This document shows positions 28,098 through 40,936 of a DNA stretch of 64,000 nucleotides, one piece after another. The position numbers were made by a program, and so were the translations under genes. Origin of the DNA: Octopus vulgaris (lineage: Eukaryota); the NCBI GenBank assembly GCA_951406725.2, contig OX597816.1:75640001-75704000 (forward strand), given 5' to 3'. The notes under the pieces are model-generated. The model was not told the DNA's origin. It ran no database searches and was given only the letters and a program-made list of their open reading frames with translations. Position 1 is the stretch's first letter; each line of letters begins with the position of its first letter.

Positions 28098-28221
28098 ACC
28101 ACCACCACCACCACCACCACCAACGCCACCGCCACCGCCGCCGCCACCACCACCACCACCACCACCACTAGCAGCAGCAGCACTACCAGCAGCAGCACCA
28201 CCACCGCCGCCGAAGCCGCCA

Positions 28222-28254
<33 letters not shown>

Positions 28255-28258
28255 CTGC
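28098..28258. repeat. (ACC/GCC/AGC)n compound trinucleotide repeat
   Basis: Seen directly in sequence. Confidence 0.95.
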
Positions 28259-28960
28259 CTTGATCAAATTATTTGTTTCTGTGATGTTTCTTCTGAAGTA
28301 TTTCAGAATTTCATTGGACATTTTTCGTTTCTTGGTTCAATTTCCATCGATCAACCTTTTTAAAGTTGCAAATAATGTCGCTATCGTTCTCCTCTAGTAT
28401 TGTCTTTATTCTGCCGTAGATTGCCTTTTGTTCATCTGTCATGTCGCCATTAGTTTTATTGTCTTCTTTCAGATCATCTATATGTCTTTCATCAAGTAAA
28501 TTACCACTGCTCATTTCCTGTGCTATGAGATTACTGTTATTAGTAAGAACCGTATTTTCATTGTTATCTCTGCTGCTATTTTCCAATGCCCGTCTTTTGA
28601 TAGCTTCGAGCTCTACTTCTGTGAACCAACAATTTTTTTCTTATTGTTCTAGCTTGATCACATAATCTCTGTTCCATGAGTTGAACCAATCCCTTTTCTT
28701 TCTTATGATCATACATACGTTGTCGGTAGCTCCTAATTTGAGCACCATTTTCATCAGGTAGTAACACTGCATGACCACAGCATTAATTTGTTTGCTCCAT
28801 CTACACCGTGTGTGGTGATCTCTTTCTGGATATCGACAGGCTGGAGCCGGACCAGAATCTCTGAGCCTACCGGGTGTAACACTGTCACCATCATTGGTTT
28901 CAGTTTCATTACCACCGTTATTCACAATATTTTGTTTTTTTATTGACACTCATATGAGGT
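28255..28960 (-). pseudogene. R4/Dong-clade LINE N-terminal ORF region, frameshifted
   Basis: RWSKQINAVVMQCYYL / SYRQRMY..LMEQRLCDQARTIRKK / WFTEVELEAIK ... NITETNNLIKA, the characteristic Dong/R4 N-terminal pattern. Confidence 0.75.
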
Positions 28961-29651
28961 AGCGATTATCAGGTCGCGCAATTAGCAGTGTTTTTATAAG
29001 TGACATTATCACTAGATGTATCATTATGAGCCCATAAGGAGACTCCACCCATTTCCTTTCATTATTATTATTATCATCACTGATATCACTGGTATTATTG
29101 TTTTTGTGTGTAGTAGTAGCAGTGGTAGCAGCAACAGAAACAGTAGCAGGGATGGGGTAGTGGCAAGGGTGGTAGTTGGGCATCAGATTCCTGTGCTATC
29201 ATAATAGTAGTAGTTGTAGTATAATTTTAGTATTAGTAGTTTTTAGTATCAGCAGCTGCAGAATATTATCATTATTTTAATTTTTTCATTATCACCTTCA
29301 CCACCACTACCATTGTTGTTGGGCATCAGATTGGTGAATAGATCATATGCTACAGGTCTATAAATAGATTCCGCAGATGGTGGAGGGGTCAGCCATAGAG
29401 ACAAAAGAATCTTCGCACCCCTTCGGTTCAGCAGAGGTCAAATGTGTTTACTACTACCAGTGGCCATTGACCGCGCTGTCTTGATAAGAAGCAATTCAAC
29501 CTGTTGTAGTCCATCGTCCTTTGGTTTTGTTATGGTTTCGTTTTTACGTTCATTGACATGTGTTGATATTTCTTTCGTATTCATAATTATTACTGATGTG
29601 TAAGCGAGAGACCGAGAAGAGACAGCAATGTGCATATATATATATATATAT

Positions 29652-30660
29652 AATTTAGATAGAAACCTCTATTAAACAATTCAATGATGAAAGATGTTAT
29701 TCACACCATATAGAAAACATATACTATAAAAACCTTATTCTAAAAATCAATAACGTTCAATAAATAGTAAATAGTAGTAAAAAGACTACGCGCGTTTCGT
29801 GGCTATATTTTCAAATAGATAATAATAATAAAATCAATTCGATTTAAAATTAAATCGATCTAAAATAATTTCTATTTAAAAATATAGTCACTCATCAGGT
29901 CTAAAATGATAAATAATAAAAACATAATAATAGAATAAATGTACTTATCTTAACTTATACTAATTATCAAATAAATATATAAAAATACATGTATTAACTA
30001 TAAATAATCGAAAAGCGTTTAACAATATTTCTTAAAATAAAAATATAACTTATCGAAGGATTTTCGTTAACTAAAAATTTAAACGTAACACGTAGAACTT
30101 AGCGTTTATAAGAAATATATCGCGTAAATAGAATTTATTGAAGAAATTGATAGAAATAAGTATTTAAGCTATTAAAATTATAAATGTATTTTAGCTGTGA
30201 GGAACAAGGAAAAAATTAACTTTAATTTTCAGGAAAATTTGTAAAGTCTAAATAATTGAAATACTAAATACGTAAAATACATAATATAATAAACATAAAT
30301 TAAGCTAAAATTCTATATTTAATCTATTTTCATTAATTATTTAATATATTTTACAAACATCTAGTTTTCAACTTATTCTAATTATGTAATATAGATTATA
30401 TAATCCCGTGCTAATTTATACTCAGTTTACTACTACAAATTATAACTACAACAATTAGTATCATAAAACAGGGTTTATATATATACACATATTAGCCAAA
30501 CTTATTATATAAATAATTTAGTTTATGTCTACATTTAATTTTTCGTTCGACTAGGAAATTAATCAATTTTATTTTATTAGTTAATAATATCTCCTTAAAT
30601 TCGTTCGTACATAATACCTGTTCAATATGATTTTGCCTTACAAACTATCTCCCAATTCAA
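29652..30660 (-). mobile_element. Very AT-rich non-coding PLE-like segment ending HHR - tail - (TA)n
   Basis: HHR at 29783-29902, ~130-nt tail, then (TA)n at 29633-29652. Confidence 0.6.
29783..29902 (-). ncRNA. Type I hammerhead ribozyme motif with extended stem II
   Basis: AGAC - CTGATGA - GTGACTATATTTT...AAAATATAGCCAC - GAAA - CGCGCG - TA - GTCT; palindromic stem III typical of PLE minimal HHRs. Confidence 0.85.
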
Positions 30661-30763
30661 ATCAGCCAGCTTTTTATGCCTCTTCCTCCTGCTGCTGCTG
30701 CTGCCCCTCCTCCTCCCTTTTCACTCCTCCTCCTCCTCCTCCTCCTCCTCCTCCTCCTTCTTA

Positions 30764-30882
30764 AGGCAGCGAGCTGGCAGAATCGTTAGCACGCTGGACA
30801 ATATGCTTAGTGGTATTTCGCCCGTTGCTACGTTCTGAGTTCAAATTCCGCCGAGATCGACTTTGCTTTTCATCTTTTCAGA
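30764..30882 (+). mobile_element. SINE family B (3' truncated)
   Basis: GGCAGCGAGCTGGCAGAATCGTTAGCAC...GAGTTCAAATTCCGCCGAGATCGACTTTGC. Confidence 0.85.
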
Positions 30883-30939
30883 AAGGATTGTTATTATAAT
30901 AATAATATTAATAATAATAATTATTATTATAATTCACAT

Positions 30940-31108
30940 GATATGGCACTCTTCTATTTATTTGTGTTGAACTTCTGAATGAGTTACCTCGGTCCTATAT
31001 AGACTTAGCAAAAAATGAAGTAGACTGACATGTAATTTTTGAACCTGTGGAAGGCACGCTAGATGCCGAAATACTGTTCAACGAATTTCTCAGGATATGG
31101 CACTCTTC

Positions 31109-31116
<8 letters not shown>
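30940..31116 (+). mobile_element. 154-bp-period mini element with variant HHR between (TAA)/(TTA) repeats
   Basis: 23-bp direct repeat GATATGGCACTCTTCTATTTATT at 30940-30962 and 31094-31116; TTGAAC-CTGTGGA-A-GGCA..TGCC-GAAA-TACT-GTTCAA at 31039-31081. Confidence 0.6.
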
Positions 31117-31178
<62 letters not shown>

Positions 31179-31390
31179 GGTAGCGTGCTGGCAGAATCGT
31201 TGGTTCGTTGGACAAAATGCTTAACGGCATTTCGCTCGTCGCTATGTTTTTGAGTTCAAATTCTGCAGAGGTCGGCTTTGCCTTTCATCCTTTCGGGGTC
31301 GACAAAATAAGCACGAATCAAGTACTGCGGTCGATGTATTCAATTAACGTCCTTCCCCCAAATTTCAGGCCTTTTGCTAAAATAAAGAAA
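31179..31390 (+). mobile_element. SINE family B
   Basis: GCTGGCAGAATCGTT...GAGTTCAAATT...GCCTTTCATCCTTTCGGGGTCGAC. Confidence 0.85.
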
Positions 31391-31963
31391 GCTTATTATT
31401 ATGATTGGTATTGTTACTGTTCTTATTAAGTTTGTCTTTCACCTATCAGAATCTGTCTCTATTTTCACTCTCTTACTTTAGATTTATTAGTTAATTGCTC
31501 AGTTGACTCTTGTGCTCCTGATTTATTTATTTATCTCTCTAACACTTTCTTTCTCTTTCTTACTTTCATTACATACCGCTTCTCGCGCAATATACTGTTT
31601 TCTTTATCTGTTTTTGTGTCTGTCTATCCGTCAATGAATCACACTCTGGTTTTCTCACACACCATTCACCTTCTCTCCCATAACTTTTTTACCACTTCTA
31701 TTAATGTCCGATCTTATCCTTTTCCTTTGTCGTTATCTCTTCAGTTATTTCAGCGTTTAATCTTATGTTATTTCGAAAGAGCGCGCGCGCACACACATAC
31801 AGAGAACACACACGCAAACACAAACATGCACGCACGCCCACACACGCATACTTAATCACACACAAAGGTGTACTGAGGGTGAATATATCTTGGTGTATTC
31901 TCACACTTCTGCACAAGCATGTGCATGTATGTATGGTATGTAATATGTATGTATGTATGCATG

Positions 31964-32020
<57 letters not shown>

Positions 32021-32303
32021 CATATATATACATATTTATATGCATGTGTGTGTATGTGCGTATGTATGTCTGTGTGTACCTGTCTATCTATCTGCTTTGT
32101 ATGCATGCATACATTCATTCATTCACTCACTCATTCATTCATTCATTCATACATATATGCATATATATACGTGCAGACATACATACTCTCGCACATACTT
32201 CACAGCATAATCACATGACTAGTTAACTATTTCCTTTTCCTCTTTTTTATCTCATCCACATTCTCACTTTCATTTATATATATATATTTATATAAAGTAT
32301 GAG

Positions 32304-32381
<78 letters not shown>

Positions 32382-32949
32382 AAGAGAGAGAGTGAGGGAG
32401 ACAGAAAGATAGGTGTATAATAGATATACGAAAACATACCAAGACTGTACAAACTTGCTCATTCGTGTATACATTCTATCTCTCTCCTTCACGCACACAG
32501 ACTCATAAATTTGTCTTTTTCTTTCACTCGTTCACCTTGATGAATGCCTGACATTAGGCATCCAAGAGATTTGCAAATAAATTTAAAAGCTGATACATAA
32601 GTGCCAGTGATGAAAAGGAGTCTGGACTATGAGGAATGTTTAAAGTAAAAGTTTAGAATAGAAATTTAAGTATATCAAAAGAAGTAAGATAAAATAGTCC
32701 GTCGTGAGGACTAGGTAAAACAATTTTCGTTTCAGACAGGATCTTTTGTTGGCGCTGCAAATTAATGTATTTGAGATATGCAAAATTATTATAAAAAATT
32801 AAAACAAAACAAACGTATTCAAAGATTACAACCAAATGAATGAGTTATTATGTTTTGAGCGAAGATCATCCCTGTCAATATATGAAAGAAGAAAGAAAAG
32901 TTAACGGAAAAGTTTTGTGCTCATTACTAAAAAATCATGGTTTATTGTT

Positions 32950-33520
32950 GAAGACGTGGACCTCAGGATAAATTAGCATAGAGTCCCATCAAAGTAACGA
33001 TGGTCATTCCAATAAACTGCCTTAAATCCTGGAAAAGAAGCTGTTAAATATGAGGATGAGTTCGATGAGGCAGAGAAGAGTATGGGTACTGGATCCGAGT
33101 ATTGTACGACGGTTCAGAAGAATTCTATAATCGCGAAGTGTGACGGTATAGAGGGATTTCATATCCATGGTAAAAAGTAATTGGAAGAAGCGGGAATAAA
33201 GACAAGCGGTAGAAAACGTAGATGACAAGTACCAAAAGGTTGGTCAAGGTTTTTAGAGATGTGGTGGAATAGTTGCTGGTCGAGACGATGGGGCAACCAG
33301 TAATGTTGGTTTCATAGATCTTGAAGGAGAAGCAGATGACGCAATTTGTGGGGTGCAAACGATGAGTATTGGCAATGTAAAGAAGGAGAGAGGAGGAGAT
33401 AAGTTGGTGCACTGCAATAGAGACAAATTGTTATTTTTGAAGATTAGCTCGTTAGGTAATTTAAAGTAGAAAGCAGGGCTGCTGAGTTGACAAAATAAGT
33501 GCTTCAGCTCTATAGAAGTT
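32950..33520 (-). pseudogene. Penelope-like RT fragment (non-Naiad), heavily decayed
   Basis: GCPIVS (GRPIVS-like), LLFTMDMKSLYT, LLCLIELILIFNSF, G(M)T(I)VTLMGLYANL across frames. Confidence 0.7.
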
Positions 33521-34039
33521 GGTGAATGACCACACACGTGTGTATATATACATGCGTATATACATATATGCATACATGTGTGTGCGTGCAAGTTAGTGTA
33601 TACGTGTGTGGGTGTGTATATATGTGTGTGTGCACGCATGTTTTGCGATATGTATGAGTGTGTGTGTCTGATGTTCTAAGAACAGCAATATTTGTTATAG
33701 TGATGACGTTAGCACGTTGTTGGTTAATCATGGTGGCGGTGGTGGTTGTACGCAACAGCTGTAAGGAGTTAACGATAAAGAATTTTGTTAATTGTAAATT
33801 AAGAAAAACAAACAAAAAATAGAAAAAAAACCCCTAAGTGTAAATATTTGTCGTCTGCTAAAATGATATGCTAAAATGATGAAACGAAATTGAAGACAAT
33901 TTATTACAGATACGGTATCTAAGTCATTTTATTTTCTATTATTCAAATTTCTATTATGCATTTGGTTTAGCCCGAGTATAAATTTAGTAAAGTGAACGTG
34001 CATTTGCATGCTGATTTAATTTCTACCAACACTAACTTC

Positions 34040-34660
34040 AAATACATTATTTACATTTGACGATATTTGTCCTCATCTTGTCTGTTGTTATCACAAGTTT
34101 CGGCTGATATACTTTCCAGCCTTCACCAGGTGCCTTGGGGAAATTTCGAACCCGGTTCGACGTTATTATTCAGATCACTACCTGTGATCGAACTCGGAAT
34201 CTTAGGGTTAATAGCCCGCGCTCTTATCCACAACGCCATATGCTCGTGCGCAATTATGGAGTGAATTTTAGGGCTTATAAATCTAATATTTTCCTATCCT
34301 TCCTTAATATGCTACTCATCTGTACTCCGTCTGCTTAAGAAGTTATTATGTCCTAGCATATGTGCTGCTTCTTTTAGTTTTCGTATTTTCCGGTGGTGTT
34401 CTCTGTCTATTATTTTAACTTCATCCCACAGGGGTAGGTGGTCTCCATTTTTCTATATATGATCAGCTATTCTTGATTTATCAATATCTCCTCGTGTCAC
34501 AGCTTTGCGATTTTCTCTACCCTTATTTTGAGGGGGGTGGCATGTTTCGCCTTTGTATAACCTACACACAGTCTTTGGTCATATTCTCTTCTATTACTCG
34601 AAGGAGATATTTGCGAAGTGTTGTGGTACTCTTGACTACTGACCTGATATGAGTAGCATA
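34040..34660 (-). mobile_element. Penelope/Poseidon-type PLE 3' end: GIY-YIG remnant + tRNA-like segment + HHR
   Basis: LYKGETCHPLKIRVE.NRKAVTRGDIDKSRIADHI*KNGDHLPLWDEVKIIDREHHRKIRKLKEA; tRNA-like segment 34174-34245; HHR 34092-34132. Confidence 0.8.
34092..34132 (-). ncRNA. Degenerate type I hammerhead motif
   Basis: CAC-CTGGTGA-A-GGCTG..CAGCC-GAAA-C-TT-GTG (core A>G, 1-nt loss in stem III). Confidence 0.6.
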
Positions 34661-35150
34661 TGTAAATAGTTTATATAAAATTCAAATGATACTGCATGGG
34701 AGTGGGGCCCATGCAGCCATTTCATTTTTCCTTTTTATATAACATCTCATTTTCATTCGTTTTATGTTTTTGTCCCCACTGTGGTGTTGTGTCTGTCTTT
34801 GTAGTGTCCCCTCAGTGTTATGGCCCTAGTGCCAAAATAAAGAAACATTGGCGGAGGTTTGCGTTCTCTGAGTGCTCTTGTTTCTTGATGTAATGGTAAA
34901 ATAAAAGACAGCAACTCTTCGGCTGGAAGAAGTAATAAGTGCATAACAAAGCATACTGATTTCAAAGTTGTTTTCTCTTAAGTCCACACATTCAGTACTC
35001 GCCATGTTTACATTATGTCATTACAAGAAATAAATGCTATAGAAAATAACAACAAAAAATCATAGAAATTATGTATTTCGTGGTTTTCTATAAACTTCCA
35101 TCCATTTTATAATATTCTAAATAACTGTGGAAATATCATAGGTATCACTA

Positions 35151-35545
35151 TTAGATTGTCAAGAAAGTTCTTGCGGTTTTTAACCTTTTAATTCAGATGC
35201 ACATATCTCAGCTCAAACAAAACTTTATTAATCGAAACAAACACCATCAGAATCAACACATTTTTGCCAATGCGAAACAAGTTTATTTCTGTCAGTAGTG
35301 TGGTGGCGATGAAGTCGCTGAAGGCGTGTTTGGCATCTTCTTGGTTTTTGAAGCATTTCTCACGCACGAAGTTGTCGAGATGCTTGAAAAAGTGGAAGTC
35401 GGTGGGCGAGAGGTCTGGTGACTATGGCGGATGAGGCAGAGTTACGTAGCCCAATTCGTTCAAATTCTGCAGGGTCAGTTGTGCGACGTGTGGCCGAGCG
35501 TTGTCGTGAAGAAGAATTGGCCCTTTTCTATTGACCAATGCTGGC
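35151..35545 (-). mobile_element. Mariner transposon 3' fragment (Hsmar1/cecropia-like transposase C-terminus + TIR)
   Basis: PALVNRKGPILLHDNARPHVAQLTLQNLNELGYVTLPHPP*SPDLSPTDFHFFKHLDNF...WQKCVDSDG; TIR TTAGATTGTCAAGAAAGTTCTTGCGGTTTT preceded by TA. Confidence 0.92.
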
Positions 35546-36092
35546 TAAAATGGTCGCTAAAATATATGCCAGTCATGTATTAGGATTGATTTACTCTGCT
35601 AGTGATGTGTACCATTATACGATAGGCTAGTATATTATAGTAGAGCCAGTATCCCCATCTAACCATGGGGCCACGACATGTTAAATGACACAGCAGTTGG
35701 AGTATACTGTCGTCGCATCAACATTATCAATGTGTAATAGCATACAATTAATGCCAACACAACACGCACATTTCATCATTCATTTACACGTACACTCTCT
35801 AAAATGCGGACCCAATATCCATTTTCATAACGTGAAAGACGAAAAAAAGAGGAGTCTGTACGTACATACACATGCATTTACACATACTTACACATCTATA
35901 TACACTTCTTTTACTCCCTATTATTAAGGTGCACTATTTAATGGTTTATATAATTTTCGCTTTGATATAAAGGTTACACTGAAATAAAAATAAATACGCT
36001 AATCAAGTTCCAGTATATTCTCTATAAAGTTTCCTCCTCTTCCTCCTCCTCACCTTCTCCTCCTCCATCTCAACACACACACGCACACACAC

Positions 36093-36144
<52 letters not shown>

Positions 36145-36867
36145 GTATGTATGTATGCATATCGCTTGTAAAGAGATTGTCTTCAATATTGTGTCGACGG
36201 CGGTATTATACAAAGAAAATTTATTCCCCTTTTCTTTAGCTTTTCAAATAGAATCATGTAACAGCCGCATTCTTTGGAGGTAAAACCCTATTTTCCTTAA
36301 AATTATTCATTCATGTTTGAACACTCTTTGATATAAAGTTAAAATACAAAAATATTGGACATTTTAGGCAGTATTAAATATTTACACACCACTTGTTTAG
36401 CTGAAGGTAGGATTAATTTCAAAGAGAAACTTTGAAGTAAGAACTAAAAATATAATAGAATACATTTATAACTTTCAATTATGATTCGCTATAACCGTAA
36501 TTATTAGATGAATGCATGTTTTTTTTTTGTTTTTATTCCCTGAAAAGCACTGAAGTTACCAAGTATTTGCAATTTGATAAGAATGTTCCCTTAAGCTTCT
36601 GCGTACTTTAGAAATGTAATTGTTATATATATATTTTAATAGAGAACTACAAAATAAAAAATGTTTTTGGAATTAAAAATATAAATAAATGCAATTAACA
36701 ATATACGAGATTTGACTTTGAAAAACTAAGATTTTATAGTATGAGCAAATAGGAAAAAAACAACAACAAAGTAAAGAATCTTAATGATAGTACTAATGAT
36801 AATTATGATAATAATAATAAAGGCAATAATAAAAGTGTGAATAAGGCATTAATAATTTTTTTTATAG

Positions 36868-36911
36868 ATGCTGATATCAAATCTGCGGCAGATGGTTTGT
36901 TGTGTTTTAGG
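36868..36911 (+). other. Putative 44-nt coding exon of an unidentified host gene
   Basis: T-rich acceptor TTTTTTTTATAG, open frame xADIKSAADGLLCFR, donor AGG/GTAAGA, in non-repetitive sequence. Confidence 0.3.
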
Positions 36912-38084
36912 GTAAGACACTTAATTCTTCATGACTTCAAGGAAACCCTTTAGATTCTAGTTAATTATAACAGTTGTTTTGCTTTTAATTCTGTAACGAG
37001 AAAGAATCTTCACTTGTGATTGCAGGTTCGATTTTCGGTTAAAATCTTTTACTTCACATGCCTGTACAGGCAATTTTAAGCGATAAATGATTTCCTGGAG
37101 AAGGATGGTCTCTGTTTTCTTGACATATCTTTGACATGTAAGACATTGCAGGAACTTTGTAACTCATTGAGGTTCGTAAAGTAATTGCCTTAAGAATCGT
37201 CTGCGAACATTTGAAAGACAGTCGATCTAGGGAGAGTTTTTAAACTCAGAATACACCAGGAAAGTTATGAACATTGGCCAATAAACTGAAAACTGAAGCT
37301 TTATACATACATACACTGTATGTAATTTACTCTGATAATTTAACCCTTTGCTACTGTCGCCGTTATAACTGCAGTAAATAAATGTGTAAACATTTGAACA
37401 ACAACTCTAATTTTCATTAATTGTGATATAAAGAAATGCAATGAAAATGATTACTAAAGTGTTTTTGGTTTACTATGAGCTTACTGCTCGCTCAGTAACA
37501 TAACAACGAGTCATTGAAGGAACCTCTATGTCATTTTCCTATGTGGTAGAAATAGCAATCCGATTCCATCAGGTTGTTTCCATTGCTCTCTTATCTAAGC
37601 ACAGGAATGTCGGACCTATTAATCTTAAATTTTGTGACCTTGCTCTGAAATGAAACCAAAGCAAAATATCTCTGAAATGTGTTTTACGTTGACACGAATC
37701 CACCTTTAGAACGTTTTTCTGGTTTTAGATTTCCTGTTCTATCACATTCTGGTGGGATGGCGAAAAATGTCTTTGAAGATGAACACTTTGAAACTAAAGA
37801 ATTGTAATTTAGGCATTTTATCTAATACATTAAAAGCTAAAGGTTATTCTTTGAACTTTTCATTTAAGGACTGGAATGATAATATTTTTCTTCAGACTTT
37901 GGTCGATGAAAGTAAAATTTAAACAATAAAAAGGAACTGTTAGAAACTATCAAAGGCAAACAAATTCTTTTGATACAACAAAGAAGAATTATTAGAGAGG
38001 ATCAAATTGAATTAAGATAAGGCAGCATGATGTATGAACCATATATATCTTTTGTTCTACCTATTCACATCAGCTTATATATCT

Positions 38085-38441
38085 TTTTATCTTTACCTGT
38101 TTGAGTCATTAAACTGCAGCCATGCTGGGGCACCGTCTTGAAGGGCTGAGTCGAACAAACCAACCCCAATCCTAATCCTAACCCAACCGTAATCTCAGTA
38201 CTTATTTTTTAAAAATCTTGGTGCTTAATGAAGCAGTTTCTTTTTCCCGAAGCGCTCAGTTAGGAAGTCGTAGACAAACCAACACCAATTGTCGAGGCTT
38301 CTTTCGGTTTCCGTCTACTAAATCCATTCACAAGGGTTTCGCCGGTCGGGGGCTATAGTTGAAGGCACTTGCTAAAGGTGCTACGCGGTGGGATTGAACC
38401 TAAAACCAATTAGTTGGGAAGCTTCTCAACCACACAGCCAC
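38085..38441 (-). mobile_element. SINE family A, diverged
   Basis: Head TGGCTGTGTGGTTGAGAAGCTTCCCAAC..GGTTCAATCCCACCGCG and tail GGTGCCCCAGCATGGCTGCAG. Confidence 0.75.
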
Positions 38442-38955
38442 ATTGATTTACAGTTTTCGATTTTGATAAACTTCATTATATGACCAACAAAATACCAAAC
38501 TGGGACAACTATGAGTAAGTTCTTAGGTTTGGGAACAACGCTGTGCCAGTGATGCGTTTCGAACTAGAGATACGTCGACCACTAGTCGGATACTATGTAC
38601 TACGAAACTGCGAGTGCTGAGCACTAGTCGATTAAGCATACTAATCAATACTTGACTGATTCTTATTTCATCAGTCACCGGAAGGATGACGGATAAAATC
38701 GACTCCAGCTGATTTTGAACTTAGAACATGAAGTAATATTAGTAAACGACACGAGATATTTTGTGCAATGCTCTGCTGATATTGACCACGAAATATATCG
38801 TATACAATATTGACGTCGTCATTGTTAACGTCACCTATTTGTTGTTGTTTAGCCCTGATAAGCTCTGACTAAACAGACCTCTTACTAAATATGTTACAGC
38901 TGTGGCAATTCCGTCTTGTTTTCAGGAATAGTGTATTTAGTGTCGTTAATTTTCT

Positions 38956-39541
38956 TTTCTACTCTAGGCACAAGGCTCGAAATTTTTGGGGAGGAGACCA
39001 GTCGATTAGATCGACCCCAGTATGCAACTGGTACTTAATTTATCGACCCCAAAAGGATGAAAGGTTAAGTCGACTATGGCGAAATTTGAACTCAGAACGT
39101 AAAGACAGACGAAATACCTATTTCTTTACTGCCCACAAGGGGCTACACACAGAGGGGACAAACAAGGACAGACAAACGGATTAAGTCGATCACATCGACC
39201 CCAGTGCGTAACTGGTGCTTATTTAATCGACCCCGAAAGGATGAAAGGCAAAGTCGACCTCGACGGAATTTGAACTTAGAACGTAGCGGCAGACGAAATA
39301 CCGCTAAGCATTTCGCCCAGCGTGCTAACGTTTCTTATTTCTTTACTACCCACAAGGGGCTACACACAGAGTGGAAAAATAAGGACTGACAAACGGATTA
39401 AGTCGATTATATCGACTCCAGTGCGTAACTGGTACTTATTTAAATCGACCCCGAAAGGATGAAAGGCAAAGTCAACCTCGGCGGAATTTGAACCCAGAAC
39501 GTAGCGGCAGACGGTGCTAACGTTTCTGCCAGCTCGACTCC
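38956..39541 (-). mobile_element. Trimeric SINE-B inserted as one unit, 19-bp TSD
   Basis: Three tandem B-box/central-domain units; TTAGTGTCGTTAATTTTCT duplicated at 38937-38955 and 39542-39560. Confidence 0.9.
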
Positions 39542-39941
39542 TTAGTGTCGTTAATTTTCTGAAGCCAGAAAGGCGCGATTTTAGGGAAGATTTTATGCTA
39601 TTTCTAGTATAGATGTTCTCTCATTGTCCGAACTGTTTTTTCCAGTGTCTTGACTTTAAATGTAAGGCAAGTAATTGATCTGATACGATATATATAATTC
39701 TGTGTTGAGCCGTAGACAGTGACCGTTGTTGGCTACAGTTGAACTTTGTCAAATATGTCTTCTTCAGCTTAGAATCAAAAGATAGTATCGTTATCATCAA
39801 TCAAATAAGAAAGTTAGAGACATATCAAATATTTCATGGGCGTATAGAATACCTACCGCTCGCTATTAAAAAGCAGAAAAAAAGAAAAAGTATATAACAA
39901 TATAAATATAAATTAAAAACAGTGCGCTGACATACATAAAG

Positions 39942-40003
<62 letters not shown>

Positions 40004-40795
40004 GCTAGCTAGCTATCACTTTTTCTCTCTCTCTCTGTATATATATGTATATGTGCATACACACATACGTATGTGTATATATGTGCATGTGTTTTAATGT
40101 GTATATGTTTGTAAGCGTGTGCGCGAGAGTTTATATAACCACAAGAATATAAAGAACATTGAAATGTTACTGAACGCTAGCTTATAAATGAAGGCATCTT
40201 TGTTCACTTCTCTTCTTTTATTTTTACTGTGCACTTATGGTTTCATCCATAAGTTTTATCCAACTCCATATTTATAAGACAGATGCAAACGTCCGTTCTC
40301 TCAATAAATATTTTCGGGGACAGACAAAGAGAGACGAGCAGGTTAGTTTCAATTCTATGCTGGGGTTCGTCAGCAACGAACACGTTGTTTAACTCTACAG
40401 AGAGACACTGTTTTTAAGCTCTCTATTTCTTAAGGCCTAAATAAACAGGATAGACCGATTTGCATATATGATGCATTTTTAGTAGCTAGTTCGAGTAACA
40501 GTGTGTTAACTATATTTTACTTCATTACTATACTGTACGACAGTGCATTTTTTTCTTTTTAGCAAAAACCGTTCAAATAAGACAGATAAATAGATGTATT
40601 GCTCTCAATAGCCTACTCGTAGCTTTAGTAAGCATTTTGCTTACTGTCTACTCGTCCCAGTGTTTATGACGGTGATCTTTAAATAGTTTATTAAGGTAGA
40701 TATTCAGTTGTATTTTTGTTTCAATGTCACTAAAAACAGGCGAGATATTGTCAATTATCACAATCTGCACCTACAGGCACCCGGTAACAATAGTG

Positions 40796-40863
<68 letters not shown>

Positions 40864-40936
40864 GGTCTATTTGTGTCAATGTACGTAAGCATAAAACTAG
40901 AGACTACACTGAATATTACTGTATGAAAGCTAATTA

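Noticed and set aside
32533-32570. TTGATGA-ATGCCT..AGGCAT hairpin as an HHR (similarly 1545-1575, 18268-18305, 40345-40375)
   Set aside because: GAAA and/or stems I and III are missing; too decayed to call.
38956-39541. Regularly spaced repeats resembling a CRISPR array
   Set aside because: Units are ~200-bp SINE monomers with non-unique interiors; eukaryotic context, no cas genes.
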